Source of the DNA: Syncephalis fuscata S228
Taxonomy: Eukaryota > Fungi > Zoopagomycota
Direction of reading: 5' to 3'
NCBI GenBank assembly: GCA_025786725.1
Contig: JAHLTZ010000030.1
Coordinates: forward strand, 1-64,000
Length of the DNA stretch: 64,000 nucleotides
Below the pieces are notes generated by a model. That model was not told the origin of the DNA. It saw only the letters and a program-made list of their open reading frames with translations, and ran no database searches. Each line of letters begins with the position of its first letter. Positions within the stretch are counted from its first letter, which is position 1. Made by a program: the position numbers and the translations under genes. Below are positions 28,091 through 41,430 of the stretch, piece by piece.

Positions 28091-28873
28091 TAGGCAAACA
28101 ATGCTTTTAAAAGACACAAAGAGCCCATGTGGATAAATGGTTTATTTTTAGTGTAGCAAACAGGCAAATTAATAGCCAACAATCAAAGCGCCAACCGCAG
28201 CAAATAAAGAAATAGCTACAAATAAACCATTGATGCCATTGAATGTTACAACACAAAGAAAAGACTAACAGCGTGCTGCAGACTTTATAGTGACAGTGAA
28301 ATAAGGGCGTTGTTTTGCATGATGCATAGTAGCATCAAAGTATTGTTCTTAAATGGTGCAGAATGGCATCAGATTATTGGTTCCAGGCGATGCAAGTGGC
28401 AGCAAACTATTGTTCTTGAATACCATTTTGCGTCATCATATTGATACAATATTGCAAATAATGACAATGACAGCAGAACATTGTTCCTAGATAACACAAA
28501 ATGGTATATCATTGATACAGTCATCCAAATACACAGTTTATTTGTTTAAAAATAGAACATTTGGAGCAATGCTTTGTCTTATTCAAAATATGGCATTCTA
28601 TGGCCATAAGCTGAACTAGAAACTATACCAGGAACTGGGTAATTAGCTTTTATCGCCTTTGTATGCTGTAGGCTAAACGAAGTCTATCTAGAAGAACGGC
28701 CATACATATAATAATTAACACTTGTAAACATATTTTAGCAAGCTGAAAAGAATATGTTTTTATTTATCAACATCTTAAGCTATCTTATACACCAGTTCAA
28801 GTAGTTATGTACAAATAGATTGGTAAAATAAATAGTAAAATAAATAAATATAACATTTTTGCAAACATTAACC

Positions 28874-31800
28874 ATTTAGTATGATTTAATGGCCAAATGA
28901 CTACATCTAATAACATTTGTTTTATTGAATATGAAAATGGGTGGTAAATCATGCCAGGGTCCATAATACTCATCATCGTAGATCAATTATCCAGTATTCA
29001 TATATCCTCCATCCATTTATATCATTTCCATTGTATATTCATACAACTATATACTATTCTATGATATACAGACAATATATATTTGTTATATATATTAAAT
29101 CGTTTTATTGCTTAATAAATAATATAGCTTCAATATTGCTATTTATACTTTCTCATTGTATATTTATGATATTCTATAACTGTATAATACATTAGATATG
29201 CGCCAGCTAAAACTGCTGTTCATTTGACACTATTTTGTTATTTATAAATATCAACTCATTTATTTTATTAAATCACTAGCAATACAATTGCGATGTTGTT
29301 ATTCATTCACATGCTTATCATTCTGCTATAGAATAGACATAAACTGCTAATAAAATATTTATTGCCACCTGTATTTATAATTGACATGGAAGCACACTTC
29401 AGTATAGCTGGATGGACAATCGAGTCAACCGACTGGTGCAGATATGATTGTTTTGTGGACAAGTGTAGAATAAAAAAGGGACTATCATCTGATCTAGTGG
29501 TGAAATGGCATCCGTGCACCAAAATGGTCCAGCCAGGCGCAATACACCAATAAACAGTCGCCATGTACTCTACCAATATTGTCCATTCTAATTGGTGGAT
29601 ATATTTTGGAATAAGCTTATAAGGCTGTGCTGAGCGTACTTTTGCTCATTACTTCGCTTTCTCTTGTTTCTAGTTGTTAATATGCTGTAAACTGCTTGTT
29701 AATGGAAGCATCTGTTCTAGTAGCTATATCCAGTGGTGAGTGGTCTCCTTGTTGGTTGATCACGATATACTGCGTTATGCATTTGAGCTGTGTTGAATGT
29801 AGAATACAGTAGTGCAGACTACTGTGCTATACTAGCTCAGCAACTATATGGTTGCCTGTACTAGGCAGCTGTATACTGGCATAGTGCGGAGATATGTGGG
29901 ATAACAGGGTGTGCAGTACTGTGTTTAGCAAGTCAGTATTGCTGTGCACTCCCCTCATGTTGATGCGGCGACCCGTATGGGTGGTCATATGTTAGTGCTC
30001 ACTTGTATTGAACGTGCACTGGAGGTGTGTTTGATAGCCTTCAACTTGCTGAATACTATCATCGCACACTAGACTGGTGTGATATGTGGCTTATTCGTAC
30101 TGAATACCATGCATTACACTGTTTACTTGTGGGTGTTGTTAAACGATTGTAATAGAACACTAGTCGCCATACCATTTTAGTTTTCAACTGCCGTTTTTAT
30201 TAATTTTTACAACACTGACATAAACAAGGACTAGCGGCCGAAAACAAATGGCATCTCTACTACTAATAATGTCTTAGCGTAGACTGGTTACTATATTACA
30301 ATCATTTAATGACATATCAGTATATGGTGATGTGCTGTTTAGTTGTAATATGTTGTGGTGCTCATGTGTTCAGCTCTAGACATCAACTACAAATGGGTGA
30401 ATCCATAGTTTGGTGCAGCTTATTGCTACGCTTGAATTACCATGGCATCTTGTAACATTTATTGAACAGCATCGCCATCAAGATAGCAGCTAATATAGAG
30501 CTGTACGCATCCGACAAATATTACTTACGCCCAAGTCGTAGTATTGCCGGTACTCCAGGTGGACGTATAGTTGCTATATTAGCTGCTATCTTGTTTAACA
30601 ACTTTTAACAACATTTCTAGTTTATTTGTATAACAAATAACAACAATACACAAACAACTACACTCGTGTACACTATAAACTATACGCAAGGAACAATCAA
30701 CTAGATGTAGGTGCTTATTACTACTAAACAATACTAACGCACTTTTATTATAGCTATTCAACCATTGGTGCCGGATCAACAAGTATATCTGAACTGCATT
30801 TGTTATCGGGCACAAATATTTTGCATGCAACTTACAATACCAACTATAGAATTCGTTGGCACAAGCATCGACAACAATACTGTATACTGTCGTTGGTACT
30901 ATTGTTTGGGCTGGATTCTAAATGGGACATATACTTATCTGGTTTATATTACCCAACACTAACTGGCATTGCTATTGCGCATCTGCTAAATGCTTTGGTT
31001 TGATTGAAGTGGTGGTAATAAAGAGGGAGGTGGTGGGCATTACACATATATTACATTGAAATGGTAGATTTAATAAAGAAGCGCATGAGGTGTTTGCTGA
31101 ATCGACATAACACTGTGACTCCATTACTAGTTTGTCTAATGTTGTGCTTATTATGTTTAATAAAACTATAATACTGGTACATGTATTCAATTAAAGTCAC
31201 TGATACTTGAATGGCTAGATTACAAGTAGCTACATTCAATGCTGCATCTACGCCAACTATTTTAATAATAGTGCCAATGATTTATTTATTGCTGTGTTAT
31301 TTATTGCCATTTAACATGATCCAGTGGTCAAATGGCTGCATTTAATAGCATCTAATCTATTGAACATGCTAGTTGATAGTGAGTGACATCAATCATCAAA
31401 TACTCATCGTTGTAGATTCATTATCCAGTATGCATATATTCAGTACACATATACTTTATTCACCTATATCATTCTATTTTATTCTATAATGATATATACC
31501 ATTTTATAACATACTAGACACATTCTATTGTTTATATGTTTCAATATACTTTATTCACACCACTCATTATGCTATACACACTATAGCTTTGACATCGTTT
31601 TATATGCTTTCTCACCGTACATTTACCATTTTATATACTATTCTATACTCGCCTAGTCTTCCTTTATCCAGAACTGCTTTTATGTTTGTTCTAGCTTTAT
31701 TATTAATAAATCTTGACTAATTCTGCTCATTGGTCATGCATATATTTTCAACAACTTTGACACTACTAATCGTCACTTTAGTTTGGATATTCATTATACA

Positions 31801-32167
31801 ACTTTATTGATTTATTACACAAGAGCTACGAACCGACTAAAGTCGCTGTCCGTCTGGTTCTAGCTGTATTATTGATAAAGCTTAGTTCATTTACTCGTTA
31901 GTCTATATATACTTGAGATTTATAGCAAATGGGCTGTCTACTATGTGATATAATGATATATAGTAGTGTGGAATAAAATGGGAATGATATAGGTGAATAA
32001 AGTATATGTGTACTGAATATATGCATACTGGATAATGAATCTACAACGATGAGTATTTGATGATTAATGCCATTCACCACTCATCATTATGTTCAATAGA
32101 TTAAATGTCCACTTCAATTATGCAAATATTATATATGTAGTCATTTGACCACCAGATCACATCAAAT
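28874..32167 (+). mobile_element. Composite element: TIR> cassette A copy 2, TIR> (31309), ~0.5-kb interior, <TIR (ends 32167)
   Basis: Starts atttagtatgatttaatggccaaatg. 31309-31490 and 31970-32167 are ~180-bp inverted repeats. Same layout as 44818-48090. Confidence 0.85.
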
Positions 32168-32520
32168 CTTCAATAAGCTGTCTATTGATCTTTCATATCA
32201 TTCGGTCTCATATTCAATAATGTTACGTGGTGTAGCTGTCATCGCAACAAACAACATTATTTACCTATCTGCTACAGGTAGCGCAAATGTAATAATCGTA
32301 TAGCAGATAAGTAATTCTTATGGGCAAATACATAAGACGGCTATAGCAAGTATGATATGACTTATTAGTTGCTACAGCATAGCTGTATTTACATAATAAT
32401 ACATCATTTTTGAGACAATGTTACGCATCATAGAATGATCTTTATAAAAACGGCAATTTATATGTAACATAGCCTTTGTAACACAGGTTTATAAAATTTA
32501 TTCCATTCAAGTCTGATATA

Positions 32521-33928
32521 TTAGTTCACGCTTGGCGTAGCTGTATGTTTATCAATCCATTCAACAATTGTTTTAAAGAAATCCTCCTTTTCAAGTTCGT
32601 TGTGTACTATGCAAATAAGTTAGATTAATACACACACGCCATTATCAATATTCAAATGCTATCATACCTTCATGGCGGTTTTCTTCTAATAAAAGCAGTG
32701 TTTTATCCAAGTCCTCTGGCAGCTTATTAAAGAATTCCTGACTCGAATCCGGACTGAACAGCATCAGCAGTGTTAGATGACGGATTATATTAATAGACAT
32801 TATCGTGCGACATACCATGTAATCTCGTCATGAGTGCCGTGAACTAGGAGCAATGGTGTTTTAAAAGTTGCATATCTCTTATTGAGCAAAGCATCGCCAT
32901 TCTCCAACACATCTTTGACTATATCATACAATGTAATGAGTACCATCAATAAATAGATGTCTATTAACTTACGAGTGCGCAATGTTGAATGGCTAATGTT
33001 ATATTCACTAGCCTTGTAAGCAGTAACCACTTCAGAATCGCGAGTTAGGTTGTTATGATCTAGCAGCGGTAAAAGAAACACCTCAATAAGTATTGTGTGG
33101 ATCAGATATTGCAAAGCATTTTACCAAAGCCCGGATCCATGTGAAAAGTCGGCATAATCTTTGCCAATAAAGATGCAGTTGTGCGTAGAAAAGTGCCGGG
33201 GCGTACCCTCTTGCCCGTTTGAATGGCAGGACCTAGGCCACATGGCTTTAGTTTTGATGCATTGTGCATCAATTAATATCACTCACCCGTGCTAATGATA
33301 CCATCGATGGGGTCCTTTTCAGCGCGAAGTGCGCCATAATTAAGCACAATCATACCACCCATTGAATGGCCATACTAATTCAATAATAACGGCAAATTAA
33401 TCAAATGTGGGCCCATTGTCTAATAATAGATTTACCAAAAAGTGTGGCACGCCTTTGATACGCGCTCGCTTGTTTGCGGCTTCTACATCATCGAGTACCT
33501 TCTTGAATCCTTCAGTGTGTCCCAAAATACCATTTCGAAGACCGGTTTTGCCATATCCACGCTGGTCATAACCATGCGACTGAATGCCAGCCTGTGCTAG
33601 TACTCGCATAATTTGATCGTATCGGTCAATATGCTCACCAAGACCGTGAATAAATGTCACAGTTGCCTTGGCCGATTCATTTTTGGGCTATTCAAAACAT
33701 ACTAAAATAAGCCGACACATATTGTTGCAGACCAGCAAAGCTTACCGCGTAAGTAACCGTGTAAAACTGGTGTCTGTCATGCTCTATCCAAGCCTCAGTA
33801 CGGAGAATCTCATCGTCTTCCAAATTAACTTTGGTATTCTCAACAGTCGTATTTTGAGTGTCTGTTTCAAGGACGGCTTCTACCAGGAGTTTCTCTCTGG
33901 CAGTAGCAGGAGTAGCAGTGTCAGTCAT
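32521..33928 (-). CDS. Monoglyceride lipase / lysophospholipase (alpha/beta hydrolase, Yju3-like), multi-exon
   Basis: FIHGLGEHIDRY, YDQRGYGKT, nucleophile motif GHSMGG, PLLLVHGTHDEIT, RHEVHNE across GT-AG introns. Confidence 0.9.
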
Positions 33929-34451
33929 GGTGGATTGAGTAAATGGTAGGTAATAATGTGTGGGCAAGAGAATAGCAAGAATGGTCAAACGGCAAATAGA
34001 TACATTAATTCCGTAGGCCTTTCACCGCCATTCCTGATACAGATACCAATTAACCAATTAACCAACCATCTGTTTAGCCGCATCTCGGCCAACGTGGGCT
34101 GGCAGATAAGTCCTTATTTGGTAGCTGAATAATAGGTGCTATAATGCTTATAACCATTATTGTTACCATGTAGTCGAATATCGGCCACATGCAGCTACAA
34201 GGGTCAATAAACGCGGATCACAGCAACCTGTTTGTTTCGTAAATCTCGTACATGTGGAGTATGGAATAAACCCGTCCATTCTCAATATAAACAGCTGATA
34301 CATTCATGTAGTATTCATCAGTTAATTCCCTATCGTCGCATTGTCATATAGCACTTTGTTAACAAAGTATTGATTACTTTGATTGAAAAGAGCATATCAT
34401 AAATTTTCACGTCTTTTATTCCGCAATATTGTAACTATTACTCTGCAAATC

Positions 34452-35407
34452 ATGCATCTGGATGAGCATTTAGCAGACTATAGTGCCATTGAGCTTCTTC
34501 AAGAAGCTCATAATGTAAAAGAGTTACAGGCCCGATTCGTCAGTATACGAGGCCAGACAGCCATTTCCACAGCTTTATTATGTATATTTTTACGTAATAC
34601 TTACTATGCTTTGTGCGTTATCTTTCGGCGTCCTGACCGACTTGCTTCTTGGTGCTGTCTATTTATGTGTATGACTGGCACTTTAGTCCTGGCAATCACC
34701 TTGCTAGGATATAACTTGACAGGCGAGATTTCATGTCGAGAATCAACATGGATGCAAGCTATTGGCGATGTTATCTTTAACACAGTCATCAATATTATAA
34801 TGCTTGAACGCGCATATCTTGCTTACCGTCGCAACAAGTGGATGTTAGTGTTTGGCATTCCTATTCTGATTATTCCACCTGCTTTATATCTTTATGTTTT
34901 TTCGAGCGATGTTGTAGCACATTTTGACACTGAATACGCATGTCATACAACCTATCCTAAATATATCCCCTATGTCCACGCCCTTTTAGACTTACCGGCG
35001 TGCATTGTCTTTTCTGTTGCATTTTTCATCGTAGTCTATCGCCAATATAGCTTGGTTGGACATCAGTGTTGGCAAAAGCTAGCACGCGACGGTATTATCG
35101 CTATGCTTGCCATTATTTTTGCCGACATTTTCTGCTTGATTGGCAATTTGGCATTTCCCGTTTATTTAATGAATGATATTATTTTTCTGCTTGACTGGTA
35201 AGTTTAGTATGAATACAATGAATTAGCAAGCTAACACTGTTATTTAGGGGAGGCCTTTCAACCTTGATAGTCAAGCATGCACATGATTCAGTATTTAAAC
35301 ACAAATATTCCATGGACACAAAAACCCATCCCATAGCTAAAACAACACAATTTGTTCAAACAAGTATTACGGCTAGTGAATTCACGAGAATAACATTGGA
35401 TTATTGA
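34452..35407 (+). CDS. Multi-pass (about 7 TM) membrane protein, receptor-like, 2 exons
   Basis: About seven hydrophobic segments, an LERAY motif after the third, and Cys in two predicted outer loops. Intron 35198-35247 keeps frame to TGA at 35407. Confidence 0.75.
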
Positions 35408-35847
35408 TATATTTCAATGAATTATTTATCACTTAAATAGACTATTTCAAACGTATTTATATCCAGGAATAATAAAATTTTGCATAGCGATTATTGTTCA
35501 TATTTGTAATATAGCCAATTATCTGCAACTACAATAAAACATCATATAAAACATTGTTATCAATCATACTCAATACACCAAATTTTCGGTAATCATCATA
35601 AATGTAAAACAATTTTAATAGAGGCATCAATATGATTACAAGCATTATCACTTGGTAGTGTTTGCTTTTATTTAGATATTGTCAATGCTTATAACCAGTA
35701 ATAATTAACACTAATGAAATAATAATAACTTTTCGACCACATGTTCTAAATAGTGTTTTAAAAAGCAGAAGTAACAGCCAACATTGTTACACTTTCTATC
35801 GCATGACCATCCCTTTACGTTAAACAGCTATACTGTGTAGAGTTAGC

Positions 35848-37012
35848 ATGAGTACAAACCTTGACGATTTTCCTAGCTTTTGCTTTGGAGCAGGTGTATT
35901 TAGTGGAGCCTACAATTCAATTACTGAAACCAATGCTTATGCTGCTATTGAACAAGCACTAGAACGAGGCATGTTGACCGTTTGAATCTATTACAGCCGC
36001 TAACTCGCTAATGATGAACACTAGGTGTGCGTATGTTTGATACAGCACCTTATTATGGACGCAGTGAAATAATACTTGGCAAGGCACTACAACGAGTAGC
36101 AAAGCGTTTTCCACGCGATCAATATCTTATTTCTACCAAGATAGGGCGATATGGACCAAAACGTGCCGATTTCGACTATTCAGCCTCTCGAGTACGGCAA
36201 AGTATCAAAGAAAGCTGTGATAGACTAGGTGTTGACAAACTAGACATTGTATTCTGTCACGATGTTGAGTTTGTTTCAGAGGCTCAGGTATTGGATGAAG
36301 CATTACCAGCATTGTTTGAACTAAAGGTAAATAGTATCGATAGTTTAATTGATGGCACTTGTAATAGTAACTGATTGGTTGTAGGAACAAGGCTTAATCG
36401 GTCGTGTAGGCATTAGCGGTATGCTATAGACTATAATTATATACTTGTACTTATTTGTTTATAGGCTATCCACTGGATGTTTTGTTGAGTATTGCAGAGA
36501 AACAAGCTGCACGTAACCAGCCACTTGACATCTTACTTAGCTATTGCCATTATACGCTGCAAAGTACGCTGTTGAAAGAGTATAGTCCTCGATTTAGAGC
36601 CACTGGCATATCTCGAATTATAAATGCATCTCCACTATCAATGGGTCTATTTCGTGATGCAGATCCACCAGAATGGCATCCAGCTAGCCAGGAACTTCGA
36701 CAAACCGCCCGACACTGTGCAGCATTGTGTCATGAACAAGGGTGTTCAATCGCAGATATTGCCCTTTATTTTTCAATGCAGTTTACTGGTGCTGATACTA
36801 TCATTGTAGGTTGTTCTACACCAGAGGAACTTGACTGTGCATTGGATCGTTTCATGGAAATTCATGGCCCAAATCAATCTGCAATACACTCTTTTGGCAC
36901 AAATAATAATGGATACGATAAGGCGCACTATACGTCATGTCTAAAGCAAATCCAGCTTTTATTGGCACCTTATCATAATGTTTCATGGGCATCTCCTCCT
37001 CCTGATGCTTAA
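35848..37012 (+). CDS. Aldo-keto reductase, D-arabinose/L-galactose dehydrogenase type (Ara2-like), 4 exons
   Basis: FDTAPYYGRSE, ISTKIGRYG, LDIVFCHDVEF, GISGYPL, SYCHY, NASPLSMGL, PPEWHPA. Confidence 0.9.
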
Positions 37013-37196
37013 TTATATAAAATGCTCATTTTAACATAAATACCAATCATTGTCATCAGTGTCATATTTTATATTCATTAGAACACAATTGCCAACAATA
37101 AACACCATAATCTATCACAGCATATTATTTAATTATTATCAGGCAGTATAGCATTATAAAATGTTTGTTCATCCATCTTATTCGTTTATTTATTTC

Positions 37197-37772
37197 TTAA
37201 TAGTTACATGATTGGGCGTTGTTGATACTTTGGATGGTTTGGTTGGTATAGTATGCTTTTCAGGGCTCTCTTGACCTTTATTAGAGCAAGTAGAAGTATC
37301 ATCGCCAAATATACGTCGGCGAGCAGCCTCATAGCTCTTTTGTCGTTCATCGATAGACGGCGACGCTGCTGCTTGTTTGTTTGCTCTTTTGTCTATCGTT
37401 TCTTTGGGTCGTTGAAGAATCTTTCGCTAAATATCTAATGGTTATTCATAATAACATAGTAATTATTTCGCTATCTACTTGCCTCTGGCACATATTGAGT
37501 ACGGTCAGGATTATTATGCACAACTATTACATGTTCACCGCGATTTCTATTTGTCATTATTAGTATAAATTGTAAATACAATACGCCTACTTACGCTTCT
37601 TCCCATAGTTGTTGATTCCTGGCATGTTCGGTCGATAAGCCTTGAATAGGCAAAGGCTCCAACTAGACTATCGATCAGTATGCATTGCACAGTAGAATTG
37701 CCTACTTACTCCGGCGTCTTCGGCCGCCTCCCAATCATCGTAACAGTCATCTTGGTTGTTAATGCTACTCAT
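37197..37772 (-). CDS. SUZ-domain RNA-binding protein (SZRD1-like), 4 short exons; absent from the ORF track
   Basis: Spliced translation MSSINNQDDCYDDWEAAEDAG|LEPLP..QLWEEA|N..QYVPE|RKILQRP..SIDERQKSYEAARRRIFG matches the SUZ pattern. Confidence 0.82.
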
Positions 37773-37937
37773 TGATAAATAGTGTGGATATGGCTAATGA
37801 AATGTTGAATTGGCAAGGCCTTGTTTCACCAATAATTCAAAGACAGTTGATCAATTAAAATTAGTTACTATTATTATTAAATACTGTAACATCATAAGTA
37901 AACGGGTGAGTTGTGTTAAATTTGTTAATAATGAAGT

Positions 37938-40773
37938 TAGAACAAACATAAAAGCAGTTCTGGATAAAGGAAGACTAGGCGAGTATAGAATAGTATATAA
38001 AATGGTAAATGTACGGTGAGAAAGCATATAAAACGATGTCAAAGCTATAGTGTGTATAGCATAATGAGTGGTGTGAATAAAGTATATTGAAACATATAAA
38101 CAATAGAATGTGTCTAGTATGTTATAAAATGATATATATCATTATAGAATAAAATAGAATGATATAGGTGAATAAAGTATATGTGTACTGAATATATGCA
38201 TACTGGATAATGAATCTACAACGATGAGTATTTGATGATTGATGTTACTCACTATCAACTAGCATGTTCAATAGATTAGATGCTATTAAATGTAGCCATT
38301 TGACCACCGGATCATGTTAAATGGCAATAAATAAAACAGCAATAAATAAATCATTGGCACTATTATTAAAATAGTTGGCGTAGATGCAGTATTAAATGTA
38401 GCTACTTGTAATCTAGCCATTCAAGTATCAGTGACTTTAATTGAATACATGTACCAGTATTTTAGTTTTAATAAACATAATAAGCACAACATTAGACAAA
38501 CTAGTAATGGAGTCACAGTGTTATGTTGATTCAGCAAACACCTCATGCGCTTCTTTATTAAATCTACCATTTCAATGTAATATATGTGTAATGCCCACCA
38601 CCTCCCTCTTTATTACCACCACTTCAATCAAACCAAAGCATTTAGCAGATGCGCAATAGCAATGCCAGTTAGTGTTGGGTAATATAAACCAGATAAGTAT
38701 ATGTCCCATTTAGAATCCAGCCCAAACAATAGTACCAACGACAGTATACAGTATTGTTGTCGATGCTTGTGCCAACGAATTCTATAGTTGGTATTGTAAG
38801 TTGCATGCAAAATATTTGTGCCCGATAACAAATGCAGTTCAGATATACTTGTTGATCCGGCACCAATGGTTGAATAGCTATAATAAAAGTGCGTTAGTAT
38901 TGTTTAGTAGTAATAAGCACCTACATCTAGTTGATTGTTCCTTGCGTATAGTTTATAGTGTACACGAGTGTAGTTGTTTGTGTATTGTTGTTATTTGTTA
39001 TACAAATAAACTAGAAATGTTGTTAAAAGTTGTTAAACAAGATAGCAGCTAATATAGCAACTATACGTCCACCTGGAGTACCGGCAATACTACGACTTGG
39101 GCGTAAGTAACATTTGTCGGATGCGTACAGCTCTATATTAGCTGCTATCTTGATGGCAATGCTGTTCAATAAATGTTACAAAATGCCATGGCAATTCAAG
39201 CGTAGCAATAAGCTGCACCAAACTATGGATTCACCCATTTGTAGTTGATGTCTAGAGCTGAACACATGAACACCACAACATATTACAACTAAACAGCACA
39301 TAGCCATATACTGATATGTCATTAAATGATTGTAGAATAACTGCTAGCTTTCTCTACAATACAATCGATAGTAGAGCTACAATTCTATTTCAGTCGCCAT
39401 TGCAGAGGACCTTCGGTCAGTCAAATTAATTTTCGTGTAACGCAGTCGAAAATCAAACAGTATGGTAGCTAGTGTTATTACAATCGTTTAACAACACCCA
39501 CAAGTAAACAGTGTAATGCATGGTATTCAGTACGAATAAGCCATATATCACACCAGTCCAGTGTGCAATGATAGTATCAGCAAGTTGAAGGCTATCAAAC
39601 ACACCTCCAGTGCACGTTCAATACAAGTGAGCACTAACATATGACCACCCATACGGGTCGCCGCATCAACATGAGGGGAGTGCCAGCAATACTGACTTGC
39701 TAAACACAGTACTGCACACCCTGTTATCCCACATATCTCCGCACTATGCCAGTATACAGCCGCCTAGTGCAGGCAACCATATAGTTGCTGAGCTAGTATA
39801 ACACAATAGTCTGCACTATTGTACTCTACATTCAACACAGCTCAAATGCATAACGCAGTATATCGTGATCAACCAACAAGGAGGTCACACACCACTAGAT
39901 ATAGCTACTAGAACATATGCTTTCAGCAACAAGCGGTTTACAGCATATTAACAACTAGAAACAAGAGAAAGCGAAGTAATGAGCAAAAGTACGCTCAGCA
40001 CAGCCTTATAAGCTTATTCCAAAATATATCCACCAATTAGAATGGACAATATTGGTAGAGTACATGGCGACTGTTTATTGGTGTATTGCGCCTGGCTGGA
40101 CCATTTTGGTGCACGGATGCCATTTCACCACTAGATCAGATGATAGTCCCTTTTTTATTCTACACTTGTCCACAAAACAATCATATCTGCACCAGTCGGT
40201 TGACTCGATTGTCCATCCAGCTATACTGAAGTGTGCTTCCATGTCAATTATAAATACAGGTAGCAATAAATATTTTATTAGCAGTTTATGTCTATTCTAT
40301 AGCAGAATGATAAGCATGTGAATGAATAACAACATCGCAACTGTATTGCTAGTGATTTAATAAAATAAATGAGTTGATATTTATAAATAACAAAATAGTG
40401 TCAAATGAACAGCAGTTTTAGCTAGCGCATATCTAATGTATTATACAGTTATAGAATATCATAAATATACAATGAGAAAGTATAAATAGCAACATTGAAG
40501 CTATATTATTTATTAAGCAATAAAACGATTTAATATATATAACAATATATATTGTCTGTATACCATAGAATAGTATATAGTTGTATGGATATACAATGGA
40601 AATGATATAAATGGATGGAGGATATATGCATACTGGATAATTGATCTACGATGATGAGTATTATGGACCCTGGCATGATTTACCACCCATTTTCATATTC
40701 AATAAAATAAATGTTATTAGATGTAGTCATTTGGCCATTAAATCATACTAAATCATTTGTGTTTATTTATAAA
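37938..40773 (-). mobile_element. Cassette A copy 3 plus part of the MITE interior, inverted
   Basis: Reverse complement of 44798-47634 with only ~3 differences noticed by eye. Confidence 0.9.
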
Positions 40774-41265
40774 CAAAATTTATAATAATATTAAATGACA
40801 CACAATATGTCAATTCTGTATTGCATCTTTAAATAATTAATTGTAATTATAATATATTGATATCTGTGGCGAAAAATATGAATTGCGTGGTGCAATAACG
40901 CTACACACTGCCGTATTTTATGCATAAATAAAGATATACTGTATTCATTATTTAAATTTGTTTTATTAATGTATATCAGTACTTGTGAGTATTATCCTGA
41001 CCCCCTCCCCAATAATAAAGACACAACAATTGGTGGAGAACCTGGGCATGCTCCCATTCTTTCTCCACCGTCCATTAACAATGGTGTTGCAATTTAAATA
41101 TATACATCACTTTTCAATTTTGTCTTGCTCAATTAATCCAATCAGCTCATATGTGACGGTGCTTGTTATGCCAATTGTATATAATAACGAGTGCGGTATT
41201 AATATGAAAAACGTTTAATTTACGCCTTTTCCTGTCATCAAATAAACTGTTTGTTACACATAACA

Positions 41266-41430
41266 CAGCAATGGTGCAGCGTTATCATTTCCAATGCCGC
41301 GACGATGTTCCATCGTGAGTCGGTATTCTTGTAACTTTAAGGACCAACGACCAAGTTTACCAACTGGCTTAGGCCAGGACATTAGCTAGCGCAAAATCGA
41401 ATAATCAATGACAATGGTAAAGGATGGCTA
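41266..41430 (-). pseudogene. Ty3/Gypsy retrotransposon RNase H C-terminal relic
   Basis: Translates FTIVIDYSILR*LMSWPKPVGKLGRWSLKLQEYRLTMEHRRGIGNDNAAPL, matching the Gypsy RNase H end pattern (F.i.TDH..L.W....grL.RW.l.LqEy.f.i.hr.G..N..AD.L), with one stop. Confidence 0.8.

Larger units (their letters stand above)
23944..31400 (+). repeat. ~7.5-kb segmental duplication (cassette B + cassette A) matching 55863-63320
   Basis: Colinear near-identity beginning atgctactaaactcgctgcatg at 23944, 55863 and 63444. Period is 7581 bp (31309-23728 and 63444-55863). Confidence 0.92.

Noticed and set aside
28874-31490. Direct TIR modules around cassette A read as LTRs of a retroelement
   Set aside because: No TG...CA ends, PBS, PPT or gag/pol were seen, and the same module forms inverted ends elsewhere.
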